A stretch of DNA of 34,868 bases, from positions 1 to 34,868 of the forward strand of contig FLMG01001271.1 of the NCBI GenBank assembly GCA_900088475.1. Reading direction: 5' to 3'. The notes under the pieces were generated by a model. The model was not told the DNA's origin, made no database searches, and was given only the letters and a program-made list of their open reading frames with translations. Positions 11,101 through 23,764 of this stretch are shown here, one piece after another. How positions within the stretch are numbered: position 1 is the stretch's first letter; each line of letters begins with the position of its first letter. The stretch is from Hyphochytrium catenoides (Eukaryota; Protista; Hyphochytriomycota). The translations under genes and the position numbers were made by a program.

Positions 11101-14100
11101 GGACGCTTAGTTAGCCAATCCCAGTAAAGAGTAGTCGGGATATTATACGTACAAAACATCTTCTGTTTCACGCTGAAGGTAAGGGCAGCCTCAAGGGCCT
11201 TCAAGTCTTCAGCCTCAAAGTCCCGTTGGTAGATCTGGGCCCTGGAGAGACAGCAGAGAGTAGTTGAGAGGAAAGCAGCAAATTGAAAGTAGTAGGCAAG
11301 CAGAAAGGAGGGGAACTATGCTCGAAGAGAGGAGGCTTTAAATAGCTAGAGGTTTGACAGTGCATAGACTGTGACGCTGGATCAAAGTGGGAGATGCTTT
11401 AAGTCACGCGGGACATGGCAGAGCAAAATATAAAGTATCCTACCATCTTTGGATGCTACAGCAGATGGTCACGAAGGTGTGATAGCGCAATACCCGCCAC
11501 AGGCCATCTCCATCCTCCTCAGCCCTGATGAAGCCCCACCATGAAGCAGAAGGACCAGCAGAGAGAAAAGAATTGCCAGGTGCGAAGAAAGACAGCTGGA
11601 AGCAATATAACGCAAGAGAGAGCAAAGAGGAGAGGAGAAAATAAAACCACCAAATGGCATCCCATCGCATTGTGGGGATGACTATGAAGGCGTAGAGCCC
11701 GTACACAGAGTTAGCTACTGAAATTTGGCTGACACAGGCAACCGCCGCCAGTGCTAAGGTCAACTTAGAAGAATGGAGAGATAGCATTCTTTTGCCAAGA
11801 TGGACGAGATAGAAGAACCCGAGGCGGATGCTGTCGAAGACCTTCTTTAGAAGGAGGTTTGACTCTTCTTCCACGGCATCCTGCAGGAAATGGAGGAAGC
11901 TCTATTAGTGCAAACACCCAGGAAGTGCCAAGTAAACAGGGAAAGCAAGGGCTACGGAAGACAGAGAGTATGCATTTCCGAGCGCATGGAAGCCCAGAAC
12001 GGGAGCCAAAGCTGTGTGAAGGAGAAAAAAAGAGTCTATTACCCTGGGAGGACATGATTGCTGCCCGTCGACGGTTTGTGGCAGTGTATGGGTACTTTGA
12101 AGAGAACGAATATTCTGCCCTTGTATAACCGATACTAGGACCACCTGCATTAGATGATGTGAGTATGCACCCTGCTATCCAGCTCTTGGTAGAAGACCAT
12201 GGGAAAAGAAGGAGGAAAGGGACGTGCATCATAGCAAGGTGACCTAGGGCTAGGGATTCAGACGGCAGGGGTGTCAATGAAGCAACTAGCAAGGGACAGG
12301 CAGCTTGAGGCGCAAAACCGTAATCATACACTTAGCAGCTCGAGATCCACTTACCGCGGTCGTAGGGAAAAGGCTGACAAAGAGTGAGCGTGTGGGGAAG
12401 ACTATCAACCCTATCTCGACCAGTGTTATCCAGCGGTTAAGTGGCTCCCATAGGTCGAGAAGAGCAGTGTTTATTGCAGGAAACTGGTAGATATATTGCA
12501 TACACAGGATCAGCACGTTGGTGAGAACGATGGCCCGCCAGACGTTAAGCTCCAGGGTATTGCATTTCTCGTAAAATCTGTCAATAGAGACTGGTTAGAC
12601 CAAAACATGTCAAGACGGGGATTGACAGGAGACATATGTACAGGAGTCAAAGCGGAAGGGAACACCGCCACCCTCAAGACCACGGTAGGAGGAGAGTGAC
12701 AACTCCACCACAAAGCACAGATTAGCCTCGCAGCCCCATAACGGCGCCTTGATATAAGGTGCACGAGTGCCTATGAGGTAGATCAGGAGGGGCTGGTCAT
12801 ACCATACCTTTTGACCCCTAGAAGATACACCCAAATAGCAAGGAAGCAGAAGAGGAGCTGGATGAGTCCCACTACTGTCACTGTCCGTCCTGGAATCATC
12901 GGATCCTCAGGACCTTGAGGCTGCTGGGTAGGACGCTGGTACCAGACCGCGACTGAATAAAAGACAGAGTAAGAAACCGGCCTTCCAATGAACGAGTAGC
13001 CGCGCCAGATTAAGTCTGATAGAGAAGAGAGATAGAACCACGGCGCGGGAACAAGGGCTTGTGTTTGGGGATTCTGCTGACGCTGCTTCTTGACGATGAT
13101 GATCTGCAGAAGCCGCTGCGCCTGGGCCTACATTTTGTTGAAGCAACGGCGCGGCGAGTGAGTGCAAAGCCATGAGAATACTTCTCGAAGACAGCGAGCC
13201 CGAGTCCTTCTGAGAGCCGAGGACGCTATTCACTCTCCATTGAACGTCCTTACCAGGATCAGCACTGCCACTTGAATCATGTACTCCGTACTCCAGAGTC
13301 GTGCCCAATGGGAGATGTTCTTGTCAAAACAGACCAGGCCCATTGTGGTAAGGGTTGTTTGCTCTTCTTCCGCTGTGTTCTCCGAGCAGACCAGATTCCA
13401 AATGAACACTAAGAGACAGGCAAGGGAGGAGTACCAGCAGAGAAGAGGCCATAGGAAGACGCGAAACTTGGGATATAGGAGCACAAAGGCAAGCATCACA
13501 ATGTAAGCTGTTTGTAGAACGCTGACACTGGCTGCGAGCACGAGTACGATCATGCACAGAAGGAAGAACAGGTCCGTGTTCCGCATTATCACGCTTTTCG
13601 CATCCTCAAACCATATGGAGAAGGAGGATGGCTGGACTCTATCACTCTGCTGCGATGAGAGCTGCATCGTACGCAAAAGAAGTTTAAGGAGGAGGTGGAA
13701 GAGAGCAGTAGTAAGTAAGTGGCAATAGGTCAGCTGAGATGGCATAATAAGATGATTGCTGCATTGAAGAGCCACCTTTCAGGAGATGGACATATCATAC
13801 AAGCGACAAAACGATGGTGCATTGTTGCCATCCACCAGATGTCGGTGATGCCCACGCCCGCCAGCATTCATCCCTTTCTTTAGTCTGTCTTCCTTTGCTG
13901 CCTGTCTCTTCTCTCCTCATTCTCTAACCTCTTCTGCCTTTTCGCTCTCTCGCTCTTTCTTCTCTTCTTCTTCCCTCGACTGCCTCTTCTCCCTCTCTCG
14001 TTCTCGCTCCTGGCTTCTTCACTAGGGGATTCGTGGCCAGCAGTCGTCACTCTTCATCGCCAGCCTGTTGCTGTTCTTCCTCCTCTTCTGTGACCATGAT

Positions 14101-16925
14101 TAATCATCCTCGCACCCAATCTCTTCTTTATCCTTTCGCTGTGCCTCTGTATTCTTTCGCTGCGCTGACCCACTAAATAAGGTACTTCCTACGGTGCGTG
14201 ACACAAGCACTTACCGGTGCGTATTTCGGCGGCGTTCCGGCGACGCCTACTTCAGCTCCGGGAGCGGCAGCCTCCGGCGCCATTGTTCTGGGCGCTTCTT
14301 CGCAGTCCTTTGACACGACAGTATTCCATACCTCAAGCATTGCATAGTAACGCCCGCTCGTGAAGCACAGGTATGCAAGCAGAAGATTAAGGAGGAGTTG
14401 CACCCCGAGCTCCAGAGCTCCGTACTCGAATACGGAAACCTCCGTCTTGTCAGCCCACTTTCGTACCGTCTCCTCTGCGACCCCCAGACTTCCCTCCGAC
14501 ATCGCAAGAAGGTTAAAGGCATATTGAATAGAGATAAAGAACCATCCGTAGGCGAAGGCCAGCAGGTAGAAGTAAGGAATCCGCAAGATTCCAACGATGT
14601 TGATTCCAATGAGGCCCCAAGATAATAGAGGAATCGAAAAAAAGGATGGATATGAGACTGCCCATAACATGAGAACGACGCCAATGAGGAACACTGTGAC
14701 TTTCTTTACAGCAAATCTTCCCTCCGGAAAAGGTACTGGCGGCAGTATGTCCTCATTCTCCATCCTCTTGGAACGCTCCAGGCCTCCGGACAGGACTGGA
14801 TGTGGATGATCAGTAGCATCCCCCACGTGCAGTCCGGGTTGATCTAGTAAGGACGACCGAGGAGCCAAGGAGAAGGGACCCATCTTGTCTCCTCCTAGAC
14901 TCTCCCCTTGCCTTCTCAAACGACCAGAGGGGGTGACGTTGTCCAAAGGGAGCGAGAGCTGAACCCCCAAGAATTTTCCGGAAGATTGTCGTGGGGTGTC
15001 AAATGATCGGAAGCGACCTCCTGGAGAAGGGCTGCCCACTGGAACCTTTGGAGTCGTAAGAGAGTAAGGAGGACAGGGTAAGCCACGAGACTGAGAAGAG
15101 TGGACAGGCAGGACGGTTAGATGAGGGCTCGGCCTAAAGAAGGTGCAAGAACACATATCAATGTAAGTTGGCCGGGATGGCATAAGGCGTCGCTGGCTTT
15201 AATCTTAGCTGATGAGAAGAGAAGAGAAACACTTCGTCTCGGCAAACCTAACAGCCAAATTCAACTAAGAAGGTACCTTCGGAGTAGGGAGAGACCCGTA
15301 CTCAGAAAACCTCAATTTAGATTGAGGAGATTGGGGCGACAGAGAGAGCAGTCGCCCTTCTCCTCCCTCCGGGTCCGAGGCTCGGGGAGTGAAGTTGTGA
15401 CGAGGTCCACGCCAGAGCACAATCGTCGACTCAAAGATGACCAACTGTCCAGCAAAAAGAAGGTACAGCCCCCAGCTCTCCGGAGCCTACATTATTAGAA
15501 CGGACATCAGCACATCAGCCTATTTAGAACAAAAAAGCGCTACACGGATATGCTCGAGCGAAGGTTCTTTTTCTGGAGAAGTGAACCAAAATGACAGCAG
15601 CTTTTCTGTTCTCTTGCTCATTACTAACGTACCGTGGGTAGAGATGCTAGGCCTAAAATGCCTCTCAGAGCTTCTACAGTTGTCCATCGAGTCACTGCTG
15701 GTATCTGGAAAAAGTAGCTGTCGGAACGTGAAGTCCAGTAGAAGTGGTAGACAGGTGGCATAAGCACTTAAGTCAGTTCGTTTTCAAATGTAAACTAGGC
15801 CAGAGAAAGCCCTTCCACTTACCATATCACAAATGCAGTAAGGTTGAGCCCAAACAGGAATAACAGGAACAAAGGAGAGAGCGGTATACTCTCCAAGAAG
15901 GACCCAAGAAGCCTGCAACGAAGCTGTAGGACTCTGGAGAGGAGCGCCAAGAATGCACCATAGTAGGTGAGGCAAAGGAGCCCTGGCTGCGCGACAGAAC
16001 ATAGAAGAAGAGAGAATAGAAGGGCACAGGATGTGCCCAGAATACGACTGTGACTGATATCTCCTGTCTCCCTGCTGACATAGTGATGCATCCTACATCG
16101 TCTCTTTCCTTCTGTTAGAGACCTTGCTGGATGCAGGGATGTGGTGTACAAAGGGGATGCGGCGAACGTAACATGACGGGCCTTGCGATAGTGCCAGCCC
16201 GTGAATAGAGAGGAGAAAGCAACAAGAAGATCTGGTAGTACTAGCCAGCTGAGCCCTCCCCATAGCCCTAGCTCCTCAGCGCTAAACCCAAGCCAGTTAA
16301 GACTTGAAGGTATCGAAGTCACTGCTTGCAGCTCGGCGTAACCCTAAGCAGCAGAAGAGAAGAGTGGGCCGAAAAGTAAGAGATTTGGAGAAAGATGAAG
16401 GGTTCATTGCTTGAGAAGGAAAGAGGGAGCATGTTAAGGGATATCCTTCTCTAAGATATCAGCCCATGTAATGCAGGACAGAGATCAGAGGAAAGCAGGG
16501 AAGGCCAATGAGGCAGAAGAGAGAACGAGGGAATTAAAGGACCTAGAGAAGTCAACGCGAAGGCCTTTCTTTTGTTCGTCACGTACCTGGAAGACGATGT
16601 GCAAGATGAGCAATGTAAAAGAGACCAGGAGCGTGAGCCACGCAAGAAATGGACGAAGATGGGGCCGTAAAGCATCGAGGACATACGCCCCAATATATAT
16701 GTACGAGAACCCAATAGGGCGCGTTGCTATGGCAAGCAGTAGAGAGAAAGGAAAGATGATGTTGACTGCTCTGCATAGAGTGGGGGAGAAGCAGGATGAC
16801 GAGGAGGATGGAGATGAGAGAGGCTCAGGCTCTCTCTCTCCTCCTTCTCGGCTGAGCCGATGGAAGGCTCCGGATGCCCAGGGATGGCCAACGGACGGCC
16901 TCCCCCTGCCGTCGTCCGTGACCAT
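2156..16925 (-). CDS. PIEZO: Piezo-type mechanosensitive ion channel (multi-exon) with an inserted FN3 + PH cassette
   Basis: PF(x2)E(x6)W anchor motif PFFFELSSTLNW (3823-3858), then EEIYISLYIQKC, outer helix KFIQGG...LVLPLLLFS and PNPV. Inner helix GYGYKALYIF|IIFTIGGFI. The spliced C-terminus YEEMPDPTVLLDLCE|GVYIARE...LFETLVRIMRSPELVLRMT ends at a TAG (plus 2156-2158). Repeated 4-TM units carry Piezo motifs (LHIVFQ, LHSSKL, LGFPP..YWPW, NPRP..W..KYLFQ, LQVALMIGDR, LSALQIKYGYP). ATG at 16925. Junctions checked are GT-AG; not every exon boundary was resolved. Confidence 0.96.
7005..7745 (-). other. Pleckstrin homology (PH) domain within Piezo (three exons)
   Basis: Spliced AGWMRITRKA|TNKRPWHFFFMKESKRCLLRYVVADRRRLSYYKNE...KHR|SSRRKR...FVLKL...LYEFQPADEEDEEKWISSFLQ. 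It shows beta1 G-W, RY(V/F)V...LSYYK and a C-terminal helix with the conserved Trp. Introns are 7493-7711 (GTGAGT..CAG) and ~7225-7367 (GTGCGA..CAG). Confidence 0.85.
7775..8148 (-). other. Fibronectin type III domain within Piezo (two exons, intron 7894-7970)
   Basis: Spliced PPLAPKNPRASNATAHSVELRWEP..YGGLRIKAYRIV...VPG|HITALTIDGLHPASSYQFKVSAVNRNGEGPFS..S. This matches the FN3 consensus (P.AP..., L.W.P, Y.I, L.P...Y.F.V.A.N..G.G..S). Confidence 0.93.
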
Positions 16926-17218
16926 CCTCCTTACAGGAAGATAGAACTGAAAGGCGCTAGTGCCTAGATGAAAAACAAAAAAAAGTGCGGGTCAGGCCCT
17001 TGCCGTAAGCCTTCTTCACACGCTATGCTGCAGGGCTTTTAACGTTTAACAAGCAGCCTATAAATACCTTCTTCCTGTGAAGATCCGGCGACACCTGCGT
17101 ATGATCTTCTTCATCATTGGCCGTGAGTGGTAGCACCCATGATTGAGCACTGCTGGTGACGCCCTAGAGCCTTCCTAAGGAGCGATACTACCCAGTACTA
17201 AGAGTAAGAGCGAGAGAC

Positions 17219-17254
17219 CAGACAGACAGACAGACAGACAGAGAGAGAGAGAGA
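17219..17254 (+). repeat. Compound microsatellite (CAGA)n(GA)n upstream of Piezo
   Basis: cagacagacagacagacagacagagagagagagaga, read directly. Confidence 0.9.
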
Positions 17255-18421
17255 GGGAGACCTTATGAAGATCGCCAGACGGAGATGAGGGGCCTGGTGG
17301 ATAGTGCGATAAGAACAAGGTGTGCGCTCTGCTTCTCTGATCATACCAAGGCAATGAGCAGCAGCAGCAAGCAGCAGCAACGCGCCTCCCTGATCCTTGG
17401 AAGAGATAGGCAGATGGTGCTCCAAGACAGACTGAAGGAAAGACAGACAGAGGAGAATGACTGACGAGTGAGGGTTTCTTACTTTAGTATAAACAGTAGA
17501 AAAGTGAGTGTATGGAGAGGAAGAGACGGAGAGAGATACAGCTTCTGGGAGGGGATAAGTTGAAGGACGGCGGCAAGGAGCCAGAGCATGGCGTTTGGCC
17601 CTGCTCCCTCCTCTCCCTCCTTCCCACACTGGCCCAAAATCACCACACCCGCCCACAACACGCTCTGTGCGTAAGACCGCGTAATGCCTCTGTACGGGCC
17701 TCACGAATATCGTACGTTGTAGTATCCCACCTAACCCAATAGGGTTGAGTTCTTTTGTTATTTACCACTTTGTACTGTTTAACCCACCATGAAACCCATA
17801 ACGAAGTGAAGAACGCCGTCGATGGTAGAAAAGTTTGATTCCCACAGCAAAGTCACATCGAGAATGAGTCTTCAGCTGGACAGCACGGAGGCTTGAGAAA
17901 GGCTGTCAGTCTCACAGTCCGAGTACATTTTATTGGGCTTCCATCCTTCCAAGGATCAGAAGCTCAAGAGTTCCTTCAGAAGTTAAGAAGCTATCGCCAA
18001 GTGCGCAGTCACCCTTTGACGCTTCAATAAGGCGTAGAGAGCGAGTAGGTCAACGGGAGTGCATATCTAGAGGATGGGGGAATGCGGGCAGCCTCCTCCT
18101 ATAATTCCTGGCGCCGTTGTCATCGCAGGTCTTGAGTCCTGAAGGAAAGTGGTTAAGGTTGATGGCTAGCTCATGCAGAGCTGGCACGAAGGTGGTCATC
18201 ATGTGGTGTCGGCGTATCTCTGTCGCAGGAGGGAAGATAGAGGTATGGCAAGAAGAGAGACAAGAGAGTTTCGGAAGATAACAGAGAATAGCTATCACTA
18301 GAACTTCTCAAGCCCTCCAGTTTCAAGCCAATAAAGATTATAGCACTGGCTGTGTTAGACAAACTGGTTCCTTATCATAGCGCTAGTCATACTTAAAAGG
18401 CTGTTATTCCCTTTCATCTGT

Positions 18422-21400
18422 CTACTTGAAGGCATTAGTTGCGTTTGGATCCCACTCGAAGGGCTCAGGAGCCGCAGCATCTTCCTCCTCCGCTGGCTTC
18501 TTGGCCCTCATCTCCACCAGCTCCTCAGGTTCTTCAGGCTTGCTATCAACTACCACGTTGATGCCGAAAGGTGTCCTCTGTGGATAATGATTAGGCAAGA
18601 GTTTGCTAAAGTAAGCATAAGGCACATATGACGTAAGAGCGACCTAGTGTTTAGAATGTCATGGACTTCTAAGGACCACATGATAAGAGCGACATGGGAA
18701 AGAAGGATCATACCACCCGGAGACTCACATCTCTAATGACTGGTTGATAGCGGCCACCCGAAGTGAAAGAGCATAGCTTCGACTGTGATAGAGTGACGCG
18801 GGATGGATTTTTCAGGGTGAAGGAGGTCGGCTCAGGCTCCTTCTTCTTCCTTTCTTTTTTCTCTGCGCTGGGCTGAAAAAGTTCGGACAGAGATGAGACT
18901 GGAGTTATGCCCGAGAGGTAAGCTGCAGAGGAGTTAGAGTAGTAGGCAACCGTACCTCTTCCTTCGCTTCCTTCTCCTCTGCTTTTGTCTCTCCTTCAAC
19001 CTCCATGCTCTCCTTCGTCTCCTTCTCAGGTGGAGCAACCCCAGCCTTGGCCTATCAGAGTGCTGACTAATCAGATATGGCCATAACAACACAACGACAG
19101 GAACTCAGCGGACAAGCACTAAGAGGCACATATCCCATCCCAAGAACTGAGCTTAGAAGCGAGAATGGGAAGAGAGAAATGGACGTCACCTGCTCTTCCG
19201 CCTTCTTATGCGCTTGTTTTGCCTTCGCTCTTGCAGTGGTTGAAAGAACAGCCTGAGTGACGACTGCCTTCTTCTCTTCCTTCTTTTCCTCCAAAGGTTT
19301 AGGGTAGGCAAAGAGAGATGGACGAGCACTGCAAGTGACAGTCACTGGGGATGGCATCTTGAGATCTTTGTTTACCGCAATCGTCATAGTTGGCTGGGGG
19401 GAACAGAAGCAGGAGGAGGCTATGACTGAGGACAATGCAGTAGGAGGATAGCAGAGGGAAGTCTAGAAGAAAGTTGAGATGTACAGGAAAAGTTAAGGTT
19501 CAGAGATGACATGCTCTATGGCAGACCTGACATCGTGGCAGTCAATGAGAGAAATAGCTAGGAGAGAAGAAAGTCCTTGTCAAGGATATGGCGGCATAGC
19601 GGAGGCCAGTGTTTAGTGTCTATCAGAACAAAACGAGAAGGGCAATTGCAACGAGTTGCCTCGACAGTAGCACAATGGGAAGAGATCAGAAAGATGCTAG
19701 GAAAGTAATCCCCTCTTTACCTGAAAAGCCAGCGCAATAAAGTGGTGCAGAGGGTACCAGAACCAGTACTGAGCCCAAAGAGCTAGCCCGACCACCGAGC
19801 TCATTTTGGTGAAGCCTGCCCGGGACTGCAGCGAAACGACTACGTTTCTGCCTCCTGCATCCACAAGCCCACAGGCGATGATAGCACCCATCTTGGTCAT
19901 TGTGCTTTGGTGCTTATCTGAGACCACCTACGATTGCAAGGCGAAGCAAAGTGTGAGGATTGTTGGAAGATCGGAGACAAACATGAAAACAGAAAGTCTG
20001 CAAGCCACCACCGAGCTGGGCACAAGAGACCAAAGGTGTGAAACGTACTATAATCATCGCAGACCATCTTGGTGACTAGTCCGCGTAATTGAAGAACAAT
20101 GAGAGATGGGAGTTCACCTCACCTTCAGAAACTTCTCCTTGAAGGTCTTGACCTTAGGATTTCTGGCCTCACTCTCCTGCATGATGACCATGGCAAGTGC
20201 CATCATGGCTCCCTGCCTAACGTAATCCACGGCGTCATCAAGCATCGGCTCCAACAGCGCAATGGCCTCAGGTCTGGCAGTCCCTGCACACGAAATAGCA
20301 ACGGCCATGCAAGCTCCATAGCGAACGTGCGGATTGAACGACTCTGCCAATAATGAGACAAGATTCGGGACCTGGTAGACAAGCGAAGAACGAGACGTCA
20401 GTTGCAAGCATAAGGATAGACGCCCACATGCGCCCTGATACGCAAAAAAAATAAATCTGAACAAAGCACTTAAACAGCACTCACAGGCAAAAAAAGAGAG
20501 CAACAGGGAAAATTCCGCACAACAAAGAGATAGACTGAGGAGACACAACCAGCTTTGAGTTGATGAGAGCATTTCACCTTCTTACCTGCTCTGAAGACCT
20601 GAACAGAACGAAGCCTAGACATGTGACGGCTGCCCTTCTGACATCATCGTTGACATCGCTCACTGCGACATGCAGAAGCCGCCGAATAGCGCTGTTACTG
20701 CTGGTTCCTACAAAGGCCAGGCCGATGGTATACATAGCTCCATAGCGGATAATAGGGTCCTTGTCTCTTGTCAGTTGCTCCACCAAAACGTCACTCTCCT
20801 CTTCTCGGCCATACATAATCAGGGCAATGCCAAGGGCGACTGCCCTGATGATCTTTTCGTGCTTTGTATCATGGGCATACGAAATGAGCTCGCTGATAGC
20901 TGTGCGAGACAGCTCGGTGCTCTGACCTTGCCCGAGAAGAAGAAGGCCAATTCCCAAGCCTGCCGCTTCACCTGTGGCAGATTGGCGATTGAGAGACTAA
21001 ATAGGCAGCAACACAGTGAAAGGCAGACAATAATCGTAGAGAGACACGAACACCGACCCTAACCTTTGAGAAGGCGAACTAGGCCAACAAGGTAGGAGAC
21101 CAACCAGCTAAGATAAGGTAAATGGATCAACTCACCGGCCACGGCGCTGTCTGTGTAGAGTGTATTTTTGAGATCTTCGTACAGCTCTTCGTTTGCTGTG
21201 GCCATTGCAGCCAAACCCAAACCCAGGCAGGCACCGTGTTGCACCACTTCCATCGTTCCAGCGTTACGAAGGGCATTTTGAAGGTAGGTGATCGTTGTTC
21301 CATGGCCTGTTTTAGAGCATACAAGATAGAGGAGTAACAGCCACTATGTAAGAATCACCCGCTCACTCAATAGAGTTGCCCCAAAGAACAGAAGTAAAGC

Positions 21401-23764
21401 ATGTTTAGGCGATGACAAGGGCCCAAAGAGTTGAGAGAAGAGATCAACTTCTTCTTCCATCCCACGCCTTTACCGCACACGGAGCACTTACCGGCTCCGC
21501 CGCTATTGGCATGAATAAGGCCGAGTGCATATAGGGCACCGCCTTCTGAGTAAGGGGAGGCGGAGATACCTCCCTGTGGCAGATAGGGCTGCAGAAGATT
21601 CATGCTCTCCTTCACATGACCCTTATGAATCACGCCTAACCCGCCTGTAGCTGTAAACTTTGCCCAATTGGTAGCCTTGCCCATCCATTCAAGGTTATCC
21701 CGGAGAAAAGAATCCACGGTAGTCCCAGCCTATGCAAATAAATAGGTAGAGGGTAGGGAAGAGAGAGCAAGGGAGTGAGAAACAGAGCTAAAGCTACAGA
21801 GAAGAAGGTTGTTTCTATTCCTCCTTTCTCACCTGCATGTAGCCATGTGCGACGACAGTGGCCCCATGAAGTACTGAGTTCCTATTCTCAACCGCCGTCT
21901 TAATGTTTTTTAGGATTAGAAGGTCGGTCTTATTTTCCCTGTACAGAAAATCCAGAACCAGCTCCCGTGTGTAGCTCCCTTCTAGAATCTGATGGAGGAC
22001 ATTTATCCGCTGGAAGTAGTCGGCAGAGGCGCCAGCAGGTGTAGAGCGCTCGTCCTTGGTCTCTTCGCCTGAGAACATAAAAGAGCCGTCACTCCTCTGG
22101 ACTCCGCAGACGTTTGACTGGACAATGAGACACGGACGATTAAAGTATTGACGTGTGCTAATACCTTCTGAAGCTGCAGTGGCGGCAGGAAGAGCGCTGG
22201 CAACGCTCAAAAGGAACTTCTGGTTCTCGTTTTCGCAAATGTCGAACGCAACCTACAAAGATGGCAAACCCAGAGCAGGCGTAAGCACCAAGCACCACCA
22301 AGCAGCCAACTCACAATGGAAGGTGCCATTTGGCCAACAGCGGAGGAGCAATGAGCATTATCTCACCTGGTAGGCTAGAAGCGCGCTATTAAGGTCTCCT
22401 TGGACCAGCTTTTCTAAATTCTCAGCGATGCCCTTTGAATCGTCCAAAAATTGCAGGCATAGGCAGAGCCCGCTGTAGTCAACCTCAGGCATACTTCTGT
22501 GAAGCTGGAATGCGCAGCACGGAAGGTAATGGGTGTAAGCGATGGCTAACAGAGAGGTAAAAGGCATCATAAGCAGACTACACATAAAATCCCATGATCA
22601 ACGGTTTGAGACAAAGAGCATCGCTTACCCTCACGCAGATCTCGATGACTTTGAGTCTAAAGTCCCTGTGGTCCACCACCGACTGGCACATTTGGAGGCA
22701 CGAACGAAGCATTGAGGCCTTATCCTTGGACTTATTGATTGCCTCCTCCACCTGCGAATGACAGAAGCCGAAATTCGATGAGTCCGTGGAGACGACAGAA
22801 TAATGCCAGAGCATGTCAGGCCACACCTATCTCTCTATATGTATATAGTCAAGACAGGTGACAAGCAGCTTAGAGGCTTGGTGATAGAACTTATGGCGGG
22901 CAGCAGTCTTCATTCAAGAGAATAACGTAGAGAGGAAGGAGAGAGTTGCAGCTCCACCTTGTCCAGCCTTCGGCTTTCGATGGCAACTCCTAGGGCTTGC
23001 GTGTAGGCTCCGTCGGCGTAACATCTTTCAAACATCCGTTCAACAACAGCTTCCATTCTTTTGTCAATGGTGACAGGCTCGTTGGGTTCCAAGGCTTGCT
23101 TGGCCCGGAGGCTGATATACTCATCAATGCACTTTGCTGAGCGTTCGAGATCCAAGAGAGCGCTTTTAAATAAAACGGCATCAAGCAGGAGGATCTAGTG
23201 TCTTACCAATCATCTTTTCAACATACTCAGACTTGCTGCTGATATCAAAGAACTTGCCAGCACTCAGCGCTAGGCGGAGTGCGTCCCCATACTCCTCCAA
23301 ATGGAAATAGCACTGCCAAGGTGGCTGCTGTTAGTGCTTTCCACATATATAGAGAGAAAGGTTTGACACTGTGCTCAGGATAGTACGTTCACCTTAGAGA
23401 CGACTGCGGCTGCAAGCTCTCGTTCTGGAAACGTGTCATCCTCAGCCAAACTTTCAATCAGAGGTAAGCTATCCGCAATCTCTGCCCAAAACTGGTCGAC
23501 GACTTTGTAGAGATACTGCAACGCGTGTGCCTATAAAGAACAACGTGGCACTTACATCTCTATTCGCTCATAAACGTCAAGTCGTACTAACCTTTAGTTT
23601 GTAGTCTTCTTCATCCAGTAGCGCCAGCACACCAGAAGCTGCTCGCAACAATCGAAAAAGTAAGTACATTCACTGTCCCATTCTATTGCAAAGACGGATG
23701 GTTTAATGAGCTTACCGCTGGTGATTGGGGCAGAATGAGGAGTAGAGATTGCTGTTGCCGCCAT
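18422..23764 (-). CDS. RPN2: 26S proteasome regulatory subunit RPN2 / PSMD1 (multi-exon)
   Basis: N-terminus [16 protein letters not shown]|[16 protein letters not shown]|[20 protein letters not shown]. Internal [41 protein letters not shown] repeats ([51 protein letters not shown]), [25 protein letters not shown]. Ends [16 protein letters not shown]. Confidence 0.97.

Noticed and set aside
17198-17704. 168-aa minus-strand ORF upstream of Piezo
   Set aside because: Starts at a non-ATG codon, runs through a microsatellite (LSLSVCLSVCL) and has no domain. Probably promoter or UTR sequence.
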